64,000 bases of DNA from Octopus sinensis (GCF_006345805.1 NC_043020.1:1922001-1986000); one strand, 5' to 3'. Positions 1 through 15,219 are shown, numbered from the stretch's first letter. Program-made: numbers and translations. The notes: generated from the sequence alone by a model not told the origin.

Positions 1-532
1 GTGATGACGATGACGATGATGATCATGACAATGATGATGATGAGGAGGAGGACGATGATGATGACGACGATGACGACGACGACGACGATGATGATGATGA
101 TGATGAGTGATGAGGAATGACAAATGAGATACCTAATAAGAAAGTCATCAATCAATGGCAACTCTGATTTAGTTTCGTGGCTCCGACGAAGAGACTCCCG
201 GAAACACCACTCCGGCGGCGGCAGCGGCGGCGGCAGCTTCAACAGCGACAAGGGTGGGCGTTGCTTCTGCAATTTAACTGCGTGATTTCGTTTTAATTAA
301 TTTATTATTAACAATCAAAACACGCGAATAAACTAAAAGTACGAAAACCCGTATTGAACGACCTGACACAACTACCCTTCCACCAAGAATTTATCAGTAA
401 TTAATTGCCGGACTAACTGCATTAATGAACACATACAAAAAAAAAATAACGTTTTAATGACAAAGCAAAATTAGCCAACACACACACACACACATACGGA
501 TATACAGACAAATGTATGCATATATATGTATG

Positions 533-563
<31 letters not shown>

Positions 564-1011
564 AGCATAGTAAGAACAGGGTAATGCCATTAGTAGGAGA
601 TGCTAAGAAGAGAATAAAATATTGCACCTGAATATATTAAGAGAAGTTAATTTAAAAGAAGTTGAAAACAAGCTACGAAAGGGTGAAAAGGTGGAAATAT
701 TTTTGTCTCAGAAAAGTTTTTTTTAGCCATGTCGCCTGTGTTACGCCAGCACACTATGTACGTATGTATGTATGTATGTATGTATGTATGTATGTATGTA
801 TGTGTGTATGTATGTATGTATGTATGTATGTATGTACGTACGTATGTGTGTATGTATGTATGTATGTATGTATGACATTATTGAGTTTGTGTGTGTGTGT
901 GTGTGCTTATGTGTGCGGGATTGTGTCTGTATGCGTGTCTGTGTGCCCTTTGAATATATGTGAATATGCGCATAAATGTGTCTACTATATTCAACAATAG
1001 TCTTAAATTTA

Positions 1012-1065
1012 CATCATCATCATCATCATTACCATCATCATCATCATCATCATCATTACCACCAC

Positions 1066-1097
<32 letters not shown>

Positions 1098-1218
1098 ACA
1101 TATTCATCATCATCATCACCATCACTTCACCTTCAGCATAATCATCGCCACCATAATCATCATCATCATCATCATCATCGCCATCATCACCACCACCATC
1201 ATCATTATTTCCATCATC

Positions 1219-1250
<32 letters not shown>

Positions 1251-1279
1251 CGTCGTCGTCGTCATCATCATCATCATCA

Positions 1280-1311
<32 letters not shown>

Positions 1312-1322
1312 ATCATCATCAT
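1012..1322. repeat. (CAT/CAC/CGT)n trinucleotide array
   Basis: Direct inspection. Confidence 0.95.
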
Positions 1323-1799
1323 CAGATTACTCATCATATACTCGACTGATATTGTACACGTGTGTTAAATTCCCCCCCCCCCACGTGACACCACACTACC
1401 CTGTCTGAAGCAATGCATTAGTTTTTTTTTTAGATTTTTTCATTTTTCCCCCTCGTTGGTACTTTACCGAAATCAAATGATCGGAGCACCCCCCACCCCC
1501 CTTGTGCCGGTGCCTCAATCGAAATTGACCTCAGCTAAACAGTAACAAAGGCAGGAACACCTACAATACTCCAATATCACCTTAGCTTAGCATCGGCATT
1601 ATTATTATTTACCATTATCTATTATCAAGAACGAACATTCTTCAATCTTCATGATTGCATCGTAGCATGAATTAACCGGCAAAAACCATTTAACTCGCGC
1701 TTTCTAATAACAAATTATAAAGTCTTTTTGCACAATTAGAAGAATAAAAAAAATAAATAAATAAATAAATAAATACTAGCAAAATGTCACGACAAAACA

Positions 1800-1854
1800 G
1801 CAACGGTAACAACAACAACAACAACAACATATAATAAAAATAATAATAATAATA

Positions 1855-1887
<33 letters not shown>

Positions 1888-2082
1888 GATGATGATGATA
1901 ATGATGATAATAATAACGATAAAAATAATAATAATGATGATGATGATAATGATGATAATAATAATGATAAAAATAATAATAATAATAATAATAATAATAA
2001 AGATGATGATGATAATGATAATAATAATAATAATATAATAATAATAATAATAATAATAATGATGATGATGTTGATAATAATG

Positions 2083-2143
<61 letters not shown>

Positions 2144-2180
2144 TGATAATGATGATGATGATGATGATGAGAGGAGGAGG
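1800..2180. repeat. (AAT/GAT)n compound array
   Basis: Direct inspection. Confidence 0.95.
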
Positions 2181-2515
2181 AGGGGGAAGAGGGGGCATGA
2201 TGATACAATATAGCAGTTTTTAAGAAATATGTAGAATTGTATTGCCTATATTAAACATCTACAACAAAATAAAAAAAAATAAAAGTATAATTAAAGTATT
2301 TATAATTAATTTCCTTTGTGAAACCTCAATAATAATTAGCGATTATTCGTAAAATGAAACAATAATTTTTGTGCCAAAATTCAATAAATTTATTTTCCCT
2401 GTCAATGATTAATTACGGAAACATATTAGAAAACATGAATTTATCGCATTGTGTTGACTGTTTTATAATTGGTTGTTAAATATACATACTTACAAACACA
2501 CACACACATGCATAC

Positions 2516-2598
<83 letters not shown>

Positions 2599-2621
2599 TA
2601 TATACATATATATATAAATAC

Positions 2622-2654
<33 letters not shown>

Positions 2655-2726
2655 GTATGTATCTATATGTATACATATATATAGAAATACAATAAGAGGC
2701 TTCCAAATATATTTATACATATATAT

Positions 2727-2781
<55 letters not shown>

Positions 2782-3291
2782 GTATCTATGTATACACACA
2801 TATGTATATATCTACATGCATGTGTGTGTATGTATATATATATATATTGTATTATACACAAATATACATATATATGTAAGTATATATATATATAAGTGTA
2901 TATATATATATATATAAGTATATATATATACATATATATATATGTATATAATGATATAATGTATATGTGTGTAGGCATGTAGGTACGATGTGCATATAGA
3001 TTTGCACATATATATATGTGCGTATGTGTTTATGTTTGTGTGCGTTTGTGTTCGTATGTAGGCAGATATAATGATATAGGTGCGCGCACACATACACCTA
3101 TAAACAAACATATGCAAGTACACACACAGACATATTTTACGAGAGAAAGTATATACATTTAACATTTATTTCGTGTGAAGCAAGCGATTAACTACGTTGC
3201 TATTCATTTTATATCGCTGCAGGCAACAAATATATATACATCTATTCGTGTTTTATGTTTTTGCGTATGTTTTTACATGTGTGTGTGTGTG

Positions 3292-3342
<51 letters not shown>

Positions 3343-3933
3343 CTGTGTGTGTGTGTGTGTACGTAGAAGAAGGAGAGAAAGTGTCTGTTATTAAACGAAC
3401 AGTCTTGTATTTTCTGCGTATTTAGCTCAACAAAAGCTAGTTAATCTTTGTGAATCATTTGAATGTTGAGTCGTTACGCTTACGATCTGATAGCGAAACG
3501 GATTTAGAAAACAAGGCCAGCTCTTTTTCGATATCACGCTCAGCTGTTTTCACAGCTTTATCCACAACATGGCGTTAAGTTATAATCATTTTAATTGGTT
3601 GCTGCTGAAGTCGAACATATATATTTCTGGTTTAATCACTGACTATAAGACCTTAGCCTATGAACCCTTTGCATGGCGTCGGAGACTTATCGGTGAAAAG
3701 ATGAAAAATATCCTTGACTCATTGACAAGACGTGATACATCACGATTATTGATAAGTGACTTGGATTGAATGGAAAGCTTAGGGTAGTGATATTAAATCA
3801 AAATTAACAACCGTTACCAGGAAATTACGAGAGGTTTCTCTACACTTCCCTTCATTCTAGGTACACTGTCAACACTTCTGTTGACCCGAATTTAGGGTAG
3901 AAAACAATACTTGTGATAGAGTACCCTCTAGAT

Positions 3934-4206
3934 CAGGAGATCTCAACCAGGGTCGGTATGAGCCTTGTGAGTCTATACATGATTTAGTTGTTAAAATGTA
4001 TGAACAATAAATTAGTTGTACTTCTACAATGTACCAAATATATTTTAACAATCTTTTTAATGCAATTTCTAATATTTCATTACAGAAATATAAGGGTTTT
4101 GTTTTTAAAAAGTCTCCAAATGGCCATGGGGGTTCGGTAAAGTAAAATAGGAATCAGCGGGGTCCAATTATTAATAAAAAAAACAAAAGACGGTTGAGAA
4201 CAAATG
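3934..4206. mobile_element. Old hAT (Charlie-like) MITE
   Basis: Degenerate TIRs CAGGAGATCTCAACC / GGTTGAGAACAAATG, flanked by CTCTAGAT and GTGTAGAT (6/8 identical, NTCTAGAN-type target). Confidence 0.5.
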
Positions 4207-4766
4207 GTGTAGATGGATTGAAACCGGAACTTGAACTTCTTAACTCCGCTACGCATGATTATATTCTGTGATGAAATATCAGAATTTCAACGAGATCAAC
4301 TTCAAACTTTCTCACTACACTGAAGGCATTGTCTGTATCTTAACTCACGAAATCATAAACCCTTCTGAACAACAGAATCCCTCACCATTTCAACCACAGA
4401 CATTCAATATAGCAAATTTCGCGGCTCCAGAAGGTCCAGATATTATTTAAACTCCTTACGACTACTGAATGTTTTAGAATGCAAGCGTACCTCAGCACAC
4501 TCTTTAGAGTAAGTCATGTTTGCAACGGGCTACTGCCACAAAATACATAAACAGTTAATTCCTAATTCCAAATCCAGCCAATATGCAAGCCACAGAGCAA
4601 TTGTCTGATCTGCTAGAACAAAGAATTAAATTTGTCCTGGGTGAGTCATCATGCCAATAATAATAATAACACACGTGCAGGTTCAAATACACTTCTGTAT
4701 TAATTGTCAATTGGTTAAATGTTTATTCAACTAATTCATCGATCGTTTAATTCGCTGGTTAAACAA

Positions 4767-4977
4767 CCTTTCTAATATAGTCACAAGGTCTGAAATTTGG
4801 TGGGGGAAGGGGACTAGTCGATTACATCGACCCCAGTGCATAACTGATACTTAATTTATCGACCCCGAAAGGATGAAAGGCAAAGTTACCCTCGGCGGAA
4901 TTTGAACTTAGAACGTAGCGATGGGTGAAATACCGCTAAGTATTTCGTCCAACGCGTAAACGATTATGCCAGCTCAC
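4767..4977 (-). mobile_element. SINE group A (short tail)
   Basis: tRNA-like head plus the central block GCCTTTCATCCTTTCGGGGTCGATAAATTAAGT shared with other copies in the window. Confidence 0.85.
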
Positions 4978-5261
4978 AATATTATTTCTATTGACATAAT
5001 GACTCTCTCAAGACACATCAAAATATATTTCAACACACAAATTCATATAAAGAATCTTGCCAACCATATACGAAATCGAAATAAGTAACTAAATCCCCGT
5101 CGTATGATATCATACAGGTTCAGAGAAGGAAGGTCACGTTTGATAGTCTACTTCTAGATACGCTGTTTCTCAAAAGAATCCTAGGTGACTCCGACCAAGC
5201 AAAAGATACAGGTTCAACATTAATTCTCTTGTTGGTTCTTTTTTTTTTGTTGTTGTTTGTT

Positions 5262-5556
5262 CCTTCTCGAGCCATGCCTGGCTCATAAGGGCCGGCTTCC
5301 GGGTTTCTTGGCGTATAGGTTCCCCACCTGAACGGGACGCCGGTCCGTCGCAGGTGAGCTGCAAGATGCAGGAGGAAAGAGTGAGAGAAAGTTGTGGCGA
5401 AAGAGTCAGCAGAAGTTCGCCATTTTCCTTCTGCCGGAGCCGCGTGGAGCTTAGGTGTTTTCGCTCATAAACACACACATCACCCGGTCTGAGTTTCGAA
5501 CCCGCGATCCCTCGACCGCGAGTCCGCTGCTCTAACCACTAGGCCATGTGCCTGCA
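5262..5556 (-). mobile_element. SINE group B, tail type 2
   Basis: tRNA-like head TGGCCTAGTGGTTAGAGCAGCGGACTCGCGG; closely matches 13236-13514. Confidence 0.88.
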
Positions 5557-6330
5557 CAACGTCAATTCTCTGGACACTAACGATACGAAACCTCTTATGA
5601 TCTGCGCTAATTTACGAACAGGAATTGCAAACTCCCGCGGCCGCCAGACATATTCACTTGTACGATGCTCTGACTGGTGCGTTGCACAGTGCAGAATTAA
5701 TAAACATGCATTACTTATACTAATCCTCAGGTACTTGTATTTCATTTAGGTTTTATGTAAATTCAATATTTGCTTAATTTAGAGTGTGTCGACCAAAGTG
5801 ACTATTTCTGATTTGGAAAAAACCAGCAAACCGGAAAGATTTTGGAACGAAAAGTTCCGGGAAATCGATATTGTACTACTTGTGTATCTAGGATTACGTT
5901 TCATAATGCGTCACTTCCAAGCGGTAGTGTGTGTGTGTGATTTGGAGTAGAATTGTCTGTTATGTTTATCGCTGGTACCGATCTTCCCATTTTAGGAGTA
6001 TTTTGAAATGTGAGAGAAACACGGTCCTCACTCGTCAAATGGAAAAAGTAAAGAAATTCACACACACACAAAAAAAAATGTTAGCTGAAGTTAAGTTCTG
6101 CTGAATCTCCGTGGTTTTTAGTGAATAAATCACCGGTTAATCACCACGTTTGTAGCGTTCAGAACACGCATGTGATAGGCGGATACAGTTCGCTTCTGAC
6201 ATTTATCACATAATAAAAACATTCAACTAATTTGATATATTAACACATGAGTGCATTCTAATTATTTCAACTAGTGGCCGGAAGAAATGTCTTAAAATAG
6301 GAGTATAGAAGAGGCTACATATTGGATATG

Positions 6331-6637
<307 letters not shown>

Positions 6638-6949
6638 TTTTCATATCAGATTAATAAACTTATCAAAAATCTTTAATCAAACATGAGATAAGCACGTTCA
6701 GATCGCTAATTTTAATTAATTAAACGCTTCTGGAATTAAAATGAAAATGGAAAAGAGCAATCAGATGAATCACAAATGGCTTTTGGTATTATTTCGTGTT
6801 GTTCTTTGATAAGGTGTAAGATTAATGATACAGTGAAGTGGTGGCTGTGATGTGGTGCTAACATAGCGATGAACTAAGTAAGCCGAGCAAGTTCAATTTC
6901 CAATCAGAATTGATTTACTGAGACATTATAGGTCCCGCTTAGTCTAGAG

Positions 6950-7168
6950 CAGTGCTTTTCAAACTTTTTACTGGAGTGGAACCCCAAGGAAACATTCCAC
7001 TGGCTCGAGGAACCCCTGTGCAATAATTTAATAGTCTTATGCACACATATCTGCACAGGAGACTTAAAAATTACTGCCGATTTTAGCAGTTTTGTAACTT
7101 CTTGCGGAACCCCTGGACTGTACTGGCGGAACCCTAAGGTTCCGCGGAACTCTGGTTGAAAACCACTG
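6950..7168. mobile_element. hAT (Charlie-like) MITE, 219 bp
   Basis: TIRs CAGTGCTTTTCAAAC / GGTTGAAAACCACTG and a perfect 8-bp TSD GTCTAGAG at 6942-6949 and 7169-7176. No ORF. Confidence 0.9.
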
Positions 7169-7340
7169 GTCTAGAGCATCGGTCCTAAAACTGGCACTGC
7201 ATTGGTTACCACGACGAGGGTTCCGGTTGATTCGGTCAGCTGAACAGCCTAGTCATGAATTTTTTTCGTTTTATATTGCGTATAGCTGCCTACGTTATTT
7301 TGTAATTTTCACATTAGCATTTCGCTAACACAGCCATAGA

Positions 7341-7485
7341 GGAGGCACATGGTTTAGTGGTTAGGGTATCAGCATCATGATCGTAAGATTGTGGTTTCGA
7401 TTCCTGGACCGGGCGACGCGTTGTGTTCTTGAGCAAAACACTTCATTTCACGTTGCTCCAGTCCACTCAGCTGGCAAAAATGAGT
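7341..7485 (+). mobile_element. SINE group D 5' part
   Basis: tRNA-like head plus TTCTTGAGCAAAACACTTCATTTCACGTTGCTCCAGTCCACTCAGCTG (CORE-like). Confidence 0.8.
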
Positions 7486-7486
7486 A

Positions 7487-7597
7487 AGGCTTCTATCAGT
7501 TTCAGTTTACCAAATACGCTCACAGGGCTTCCGACGGTGCGGGTGAACCTGGAACGATGTGGTTGGGAAGCAAGTTTCTTACCACACAGCCACACTC
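7487..7597 (-). mobile_element. SINE group C 5' part, internally deleted, abutting a group D copy
   Basis: TTCTTACCACACAGCCAC head and TTCAGTTT..CCAAAT..CTCACA body. Confidence 0.7.
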
Positions 7598-7824
7598 ATA
7601 TAAACACACACAAACAATAGTAAACACGAACAATTATGTAAGAGTATTAAATAGAGTTTAGCAATTTATAAAACCTTGCGTAATAACTATCATTGGCAGA
7701 AGTTTTCTTGGCTGTTTTCTGACAGATGCCATCAATCACGTCTTATCTCAAACCATATATTTTCACTGTTTTGCAGATTTTGCACGGAGATATTTCAACC
7801 ACATACACAAAAAGCATAAATGTG

Positions 7825-7892
<68 letters not shown>

Positions 7893-8870
7893 GTATGTAT
7901 ACATAGATACCATATATATACATATATAGATGATATAGATATAGATATATAGCATATATACATGTGTGTGCGTGTGTGTGTGTGTTACATACACACACAT
8001 ACACATACAATATATATATATATACGTATCTACATACATAAATATTTACATATATATACACATAAATAGATATAGATATATCACACATAATATATTTATA
8101 TATATACACATAATATATATAATATATATTATTATATAGATATATATATATATATAGTATATATATATCTGTTGTTAGCATATGTATAAATGTGTATATG
8201 TAATAACACATAGACATTCGCATATGCGTCTGTGTCTGCACACACACATACACTTATAGATATACACGTGTGAGTGTGTAACTGTATGCATAGACACCTG
8301 TGTATCTGTGCGTTTATGTGCACCACTGCATGTATGAGTGTGTGTGCGTGTGTGCCTTTGTGTGTGTAAATACACTTAATTAAACAGTGACTGGAACAAG
8401 TAATTTCGGTCGATGCCAATAAAGATAATAACAGGTTTTCCACTGGAACAGTCACAGAGATTGGTAACAAAATCGTGTTTCTGATAATTTCACTTCAATA
8501 GCTCCATCCTATATTATATGGACTATAATTCCTTTACCGTCTCATCCACCCCGCTAAACTCCACTATCACCCTCTATATCAATCTCTCCCTCTCTCTTTT
8601 TCCCCGTCAAATTCTCTCCGTTTCTGTCCGTTGTCTCCGACGTAATGTCTGTCTTTCCTTCTATTTTCAATCGCTCAAACCCAGCAAAGATTTCTTTTCA
8701 AACGTCCTCCTTTCGTTGTTTGACTTTTACTTCCATCATAACATCTTCTTTACACTGGATTCGAATGTGCTTTCTTTTTTGTTCATTTCTTTCATCTTAT
8801 CTTCCTTCTTTAATCTTCCTACATAGTTTCCTCTCTTTCAACATATATGTGTTGTGTGTGCGTGTATGTG

Positions 8871-8928
<58 letters not shown>

Positions 8929-9544
8929 TATATATATATATATGTGTGTGTGTGTGTATGTGTATATATATATATATACAGACACACATATACATATACT
9001 TATATATTTATAAATATATACATATATTTATATATATATATATATAGATATATTTATTTTCCTCTCTTTCAACATATATATGTGTGTATGTATGTATATA
9101 TATATATATGTATGCGTGTATATATATATGTATATATATGTGTGTGTGTGTTTGTGTGTGGGTACATATATGTTTGTATATATATATATACAGACGCACA
9201 TATACATAAATGCATGTATGTATGTATTGTTGCAATGTTTGTCTCTGATTCCATGTTTTTATGTTATTTTCCAATTGTCTTGCATCACTGCGGTTATTTA
9301 TGAAGAAAGACAGGTGTAGTGACAATAAAACTTCCACATTGATGTCTGGGTTGATACATGCGTTCCTGCGTTGATGCTAGCGCACAAACATACATATATA
9401 CAGACTTGTATCTGCATATATTGGCATATAGGCCAACAGACAGACAGACAGACACTCAGACAGATTGACCAAAGCCAGACAAAGGAATATATCACCGAGA
9501 AATAGTCTGGAAGGTGGTTTGAATTTATGCTTATCCTCAATAAA

Positions 9545-10070
9545 ATAGCTGGTCATCCATATGAACACGAGAATATCAACAGTTAACCAAACATCACCAG
9601 TCTACAATAAGTCCCTCAAAGTGAGCGCATTCAAAAGGAAGCGGCAATGTATACGCAACAAACAACAAAGGAGTTTCAGAAGTAAAACTATCGGCTGGTT
9701 CATCCCACTATTCCGTGTAAATATAGCAACGAATATAGCAAATAGCTTCCAAATGCTAGTTTGCAAGCAGCTCCCCCAAAGAACACAGTTATCACATTTC
9801 AGTCAAGAGAATTAACATAATAGTTTGATACAGCTGTAAAGAAACATAAACTACAATACACGTTCACTAAACAACATCCCAGAAAACAAACCATGCACAG
9901 CTGCAAACTCATGCAACTTCACTCGTACAAGGATGTGCCCATTGTATGGAAACTGCATACAAACAAGCATGCTCTGTAAAGCAACAGCACCACAAATTAG
10001 ACAAGCTGAAAATCAGTACGCCGGATCCAGTAGTAGAACATTCAAAGACAGAAATTGGTAACACGCCCAG
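9545..10070 (+). mobile_element. Penelope-like retroelement remnant (RT thumb + GIY-YIG endonuclease)
   Basis: Broken translation: NTRIST...PVYNKSLKVSAF; WFIPLFRVNIATNIANSF...; SCNF...CPLYGNCIQ...CKAT...YAGSSSRTFKDR. This matches the PLE pattern WFNPP..NV.TN / CNC..CPL.GNC / YIG.T..FK.R recalled from the family. Confidence 0.75.
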
Positions 10071-10219
10071 GTGCATGTACAGATTCCGGAATCTAGCTAT
10101 ATACGACCCCATAAAAATGCTATTGCAAGTTGGTATCGTTGGACTGTAGCCGAGGTAACGAAACAGGAACGTTTATATGCATACTCCAAAACGTTTCCAC
10201 TAAACGAACTTAAAGGATG

Positions 10220-10252
<33 letters not shown>

Positions 10253-10437
10253 ATGTGTGTGTGTGTGTGTATAAAAGTAATAATTAAGGTCCAGATGAAG
10301 AAGGTACTGAAGCTGATGCGCCAAGCCCGTCGGGTATTATTCACACGGCTCCAAGTAAGGTGAATAAAAAGCAAATAAGTAACACGGCAGTATAGCATTC
10401 ATACCTTGGCATTTGCTTCAGATATATATATGTATGT

Positions 10438-10476
<39 letters not shown>

Positions 10477-11239
10477 GTGTGTGTGTGTGTTTGTGTGTGT
10501 TTGTGTGTGTGTATGTCTATATATCAGCGAAGATGAACAGTAAGATCTCTGGGTAGAGTCCGAAAAATACAACGATCCAATGTTTATCCGGGTAGAATGA
10601 TGATATATATATATTATATATATATATATAGATATATTATATATATATATATAATATATAGTATTATATATATATTTATATATATACACAGAGAGAGAGA
10701 AAGAGAGAGAGAGAAAGAGAGAGAGAGAGAGCAAGAGAGAGAGAGGAGAGAGAGAGAGGAGAGAGAGAGCGGTTTCTAAGCATCGAGTACTTTCAAACTG
10801 ATGTTTTGTTACAAAGCAATGATCATTATCATCCAGATACACCTCAGTGTGTGCTTCTATTATTTCCATGCACCTGTGTATATATGCGTGTGCATGCGCA
10901 TATATGATGTATATGTATAAGTACTTTCGTGTGTAGAGGTATACGTGTCTGAATACTTTGATAGAATATCATAGAAGTATCTGCATGGAGAGGTGTCTGT
11001 ATAAGCATAGACAATGGCGGTTATTTGGCTCAATAGACGCTTAGAAATGTCAGTGGAGTCACGGAGTACATTAATGTGTAGACCAAATACTTGATTGAAG
11101 TAAACAAAATCGCTCATCTTGTGTTGGAGAATTCAGACGACATAGTAACAATATATGTACACGTATATGTATGTGTACATGAGGGTATGTATGTTTGCGT
11201 GTGTGTAGGTAGACAGGCAGAGATATGATAGATATATCT

Positions 11240-11565
<326 letters not shown>

Positions 11566-11589
11566 AGACGGAAAGGGAATCTCATACCA

Positions 11590-11960
11590 CTTTTGTTGAT
11601 GATGTCTGGGTATTGTCTTTCTTTTGTATTCTGGAATGTCTACTGTGCAGTTCCAATCATCAACTCCATCTAGAAGACCCTGATTCCATTATCCAATTTT
11701 CACAACTGTTCCAAGCTTTTGCCTTTGCCCACAACTGTGTGGAACATTGGCGGAACTTCTAGTGACATAGCATTCCCTTTCACAGTACAAATCATATGTG
11801 AGGTTTCTTTAAGCACTTGATTGTGCCTCCATGTACACTTTCCTTGGGGCAGGGCCACTTCGCACGACCTCAGGACATGTGGTGCTGTTTGTCTTTGCAG
11901 AATGTATACACAGGGTGTATCTAATTTAGCCACACCCACCAAGTTCTACATTTGAGACCA
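11590..11960 (-). mobile_element. HERO-like (RLE-type non-LTR) fragment, zinc-knuckle region
   Basis: Translation HVLRSCEVALPQGKCTWRHNQVLKE, then GLLDGVDDWNCTVDIP. These resemble the H(I/V)L.SC..AL.QGRY.WRH.QVL and DW.L.VDL blocks of HERO-clade ORFs. Stops and frameshifts are present. Confidence 0.65.
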
Positions 11961-12464
11961 GGAGACATAGAAACATATGAGGATGATATTGATGATAAGG
12001 AAGAAAGAGAGGCAAGGGGCCTTGTTGTGGCTATCATTGGAATTCAAACAGCGATACGATGCGGCTCACGATTATTGCTGAATTTGGCAGAATTTCTCTT
12101 TCGACAGAGAATTTAATGAAAATTTAAGAGTGATTATTAGCTAGATGTCACGCCGAGATTTCCTTTGTCCCTGTTGGCTCAGCGGGACTGACTTATGGAT
12201 GGATTTATTGGCATCAGCTTCTCATATCCTGTATTTGATGTCACTCTTTGATTTGCTAAAATGTACTGAATAATCTTCAGTTTAATGTAAATTTGTATTT
12301 ATGAATTACTTGCGAGAAAAACAAATATTAATGTTTGTGTGTGAGGCAGTGTGTGCGTTGCGTGTGTATGTGCGTGAGAGTGAGGCTGTAAGTGTGTGTG
12401 TGTGAGTGAGGCAGTAAGTGTGTGTGTGTGTGAGTGAGGCAGTAAGTGTGTGTGTGTGTGTGTA

Positions 12465-12624
12465 AAGGTAGCGATATGGCAGAATTCTTAGCACACCTGG
12501 CAAAATGTTTAGCAGCATTTCTTTCGTCTTTACGTTCTGAGTTCGAATGCTACCGGGGTTGGGATCGATGTAATTGACCAGTTCCCTCCTCCAAAATTAC
12601 TGGCCTTGTGCCAAAGTTTGAAAC
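12465..12624 (+). mobile_element. SINE group A (short tail), internally deleted
   Basis: Head and tail match the copies at 4767 and 50011; the central block is missing. Confidence 0.65.
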
Positions 12625-13235
12625 ACCTTCTGCCCTTACAAACCTCTGCTCCATCTATGCTGACCATCCAGCCACAATTCTTTTTTTAATCTAGCATTAT
12701 AAAATTTTCTAACCTAGCACCACCAAACTTTCATCCGGCACCACTAAATCTGGTTACCTACTCCCGCAGAAAGGCTGTTGCCACTAACGGGCTTGTTCTC
12801 CATGGATCATCCATTGGACAATTATGCCGCGACAACACCTCACCCAGTCACATACATATAGAATCAATTTAATGAATTATTATGTCACTGAATACACCAT
12901 ACCCTGTTTACAGACATGTTGGCGACAGCAACACACCAACAAACCGAAAAATATGAAGAAGAATTGATGTCGCTGTAACACTAGTAACACCACGTGATCA
13001 GAACTGGCGTATAGAGGCCTAGAATCTAGAAGCCATTTTGAATTTGATTTGATATCCATTGACCCTTTTCTCGATGTCTTACGAGACAGATTCGTTCTAC
13101 GAGCCTACAAAACTTTAAGTTACATGGAGTTGCTTCAAACCGTTATTAGATAGTACAGACACACACACACACACACACACTCACACACACACACACATAT
13201 ATATATTACATAGCACATATGCATTGTTGTTTGAC

Positions 13236-13514
13236 CCTTCTCGAGCCAAGCCTGGCTGATAAGGGCCGGTTTCCCCGTTTCATTGGCGTATAGGTTCCCC
13301 ACCTGGACGGGACGCCGGTCCGTCGCAGGTGAGCTGCAAGATGCGGGAGGAAAGAGCGAGAGACAGTTGTGGTGAAAGAGTCAACAGAAATTCGCCATTA
13401 CCTTCTGCCGGAGCCGCGTAGAGCTTAGGTGTTTCGCTCATAAACACACACATTGCCCGGTCTGAGAATCCTCAACCGCGAGTCTGCTGCTCTAACCACT
13501 AGGCAATGTGCCCA
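13236..13514 (-). mobile_element. SINE group B, tail type 2
   Basis: Homologous to 5262-5556 with a small deletion over box B. Confidence 0.88.
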
Positions 13515-13841
13515 CACACACACACACACACGCACATATAAAGAGAGAGAGAGAGAGAGAGAGAGGAGGAGGAGGAGGAGGAGAGAGACAAACAGACAGA
13601 CTGATAGCCAGACAGATAGATGCGTATAAATGCTAGCTAAAATGTATATCAATATTACATACAAATATATGAGTGTATACATAGATATATGTACCCAAAT
13701 GTATCCACGTCTACATATTAGATGTTTAGATATATATGTGTGTGTGTGTGCGTGTATTAGAGAGAAAAGAGCGAGAGAGAGAGAGAAAGAGCGAGAGAGA
13801 GAGAGAGAGAGAGAGCGAGAGTATATGTGTATGTATCGAAC

Positions 13842-13911
<70 letters not shown>

Positions 13912-14062
13912 CCTGTTGCAACCAGAAGACCAACTGTCGCATTGTTCAGCCGAACTGCACTGGAAATACACCGATCACTTGCTAATTCCTTCTTTTGAAA
14001 ATTTTTAAACGCTTCAATAAAAAATTACTTTAACGATTTTTTCCCTCACACTCTAACTTTCT

Positions 14063-14100
<38 letters not shown>

Positions 14101-14149
14101 TCTCTCTTCTTCACTAACTTGCCTTCTCGAGTGTGCCTTTTCATATATT

Positions 14150-14161
14150 TATATATATACA

Positions 14162-14217
<56 letters not shown>

Positions 14218-14283
14218 TATATATATGTATATGTACTTTAATAGTATGTATATATATACACATACACGCACATATTATATATA

Positions 14284-14378
<95 letters not shown>

Positions 14379-14431
14379 CTATATATAATACATACACACA
14401 CACACATATATATACATACATACATATACAT

Positions 14432-14468
<37 letters not shown>

Positions 14469-14597
14469 CATGTGCACACATATATTTACCACATTTTGAA
14501 CGACATTGCTGAACATCTGAAAAACAAAGAATTATTAAGTCTATATACTCCGCTCGTGATTACATCCAGACAATTCGTTCACATTGATATATAAAAA

Positions 14598-14632
<35 letters not shown>

Positions 14633-14822
14633 TGCATGCATGTATTTATATATGTATCTATCTATCTATATGTCGCTCTCTCTCTCTCTTTTTCTCCCTC
14701 TCTGTATATATATATATACATATCTCCCCCTCTATATATATGCATATACATATATACATATATATGTATGTATTTATATGCATATATACATGTATATATG
14801 TATGTGTGTATATATATATATG

Positions 14823-14853
<31 letters not shown>

Positions 14854-15111
14854 ATGTATATATACATAGACATGTGTGTAAAATATTTGCTTATGGATAC
14901 ATGTATATTTGAATTCAAGCATGCAGTATTACCAATCCGTTGCAACCTATCTTGCCAATAGTTTTCAGTTTGGACACTAACACCGTATATTACAGAAGAA
15001 TAAGGTTAGGTAATGCCGCTTTCTCTTCACAGATGGCAGGAGGTGTCATTAGCAAGTGCGAAACCCATTGGTAATATCGAATATAGTGGATATATAGCAC
15101 TGTATACTTTG

Positions 15112-15181
<70 letters not shown>

Positions 15182-15219
15182 TACATACACATATATATAT
15201 ATGTATATATATACATATG

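Noticed and set aside
124-285. GC-rich patch with (GGC)n and a short ORF at the window start
   Set aside because: Under 60 codons, low complexity, and no splice or domain support within the window.
3460-3575. Protein-looking minus-strand peptide RHVVDKAVKTAERDIEKELALF
   Set aside because: An in-frame stop lies immediately upstream, there is no usable acceptor or ATG, and no family is recognised.
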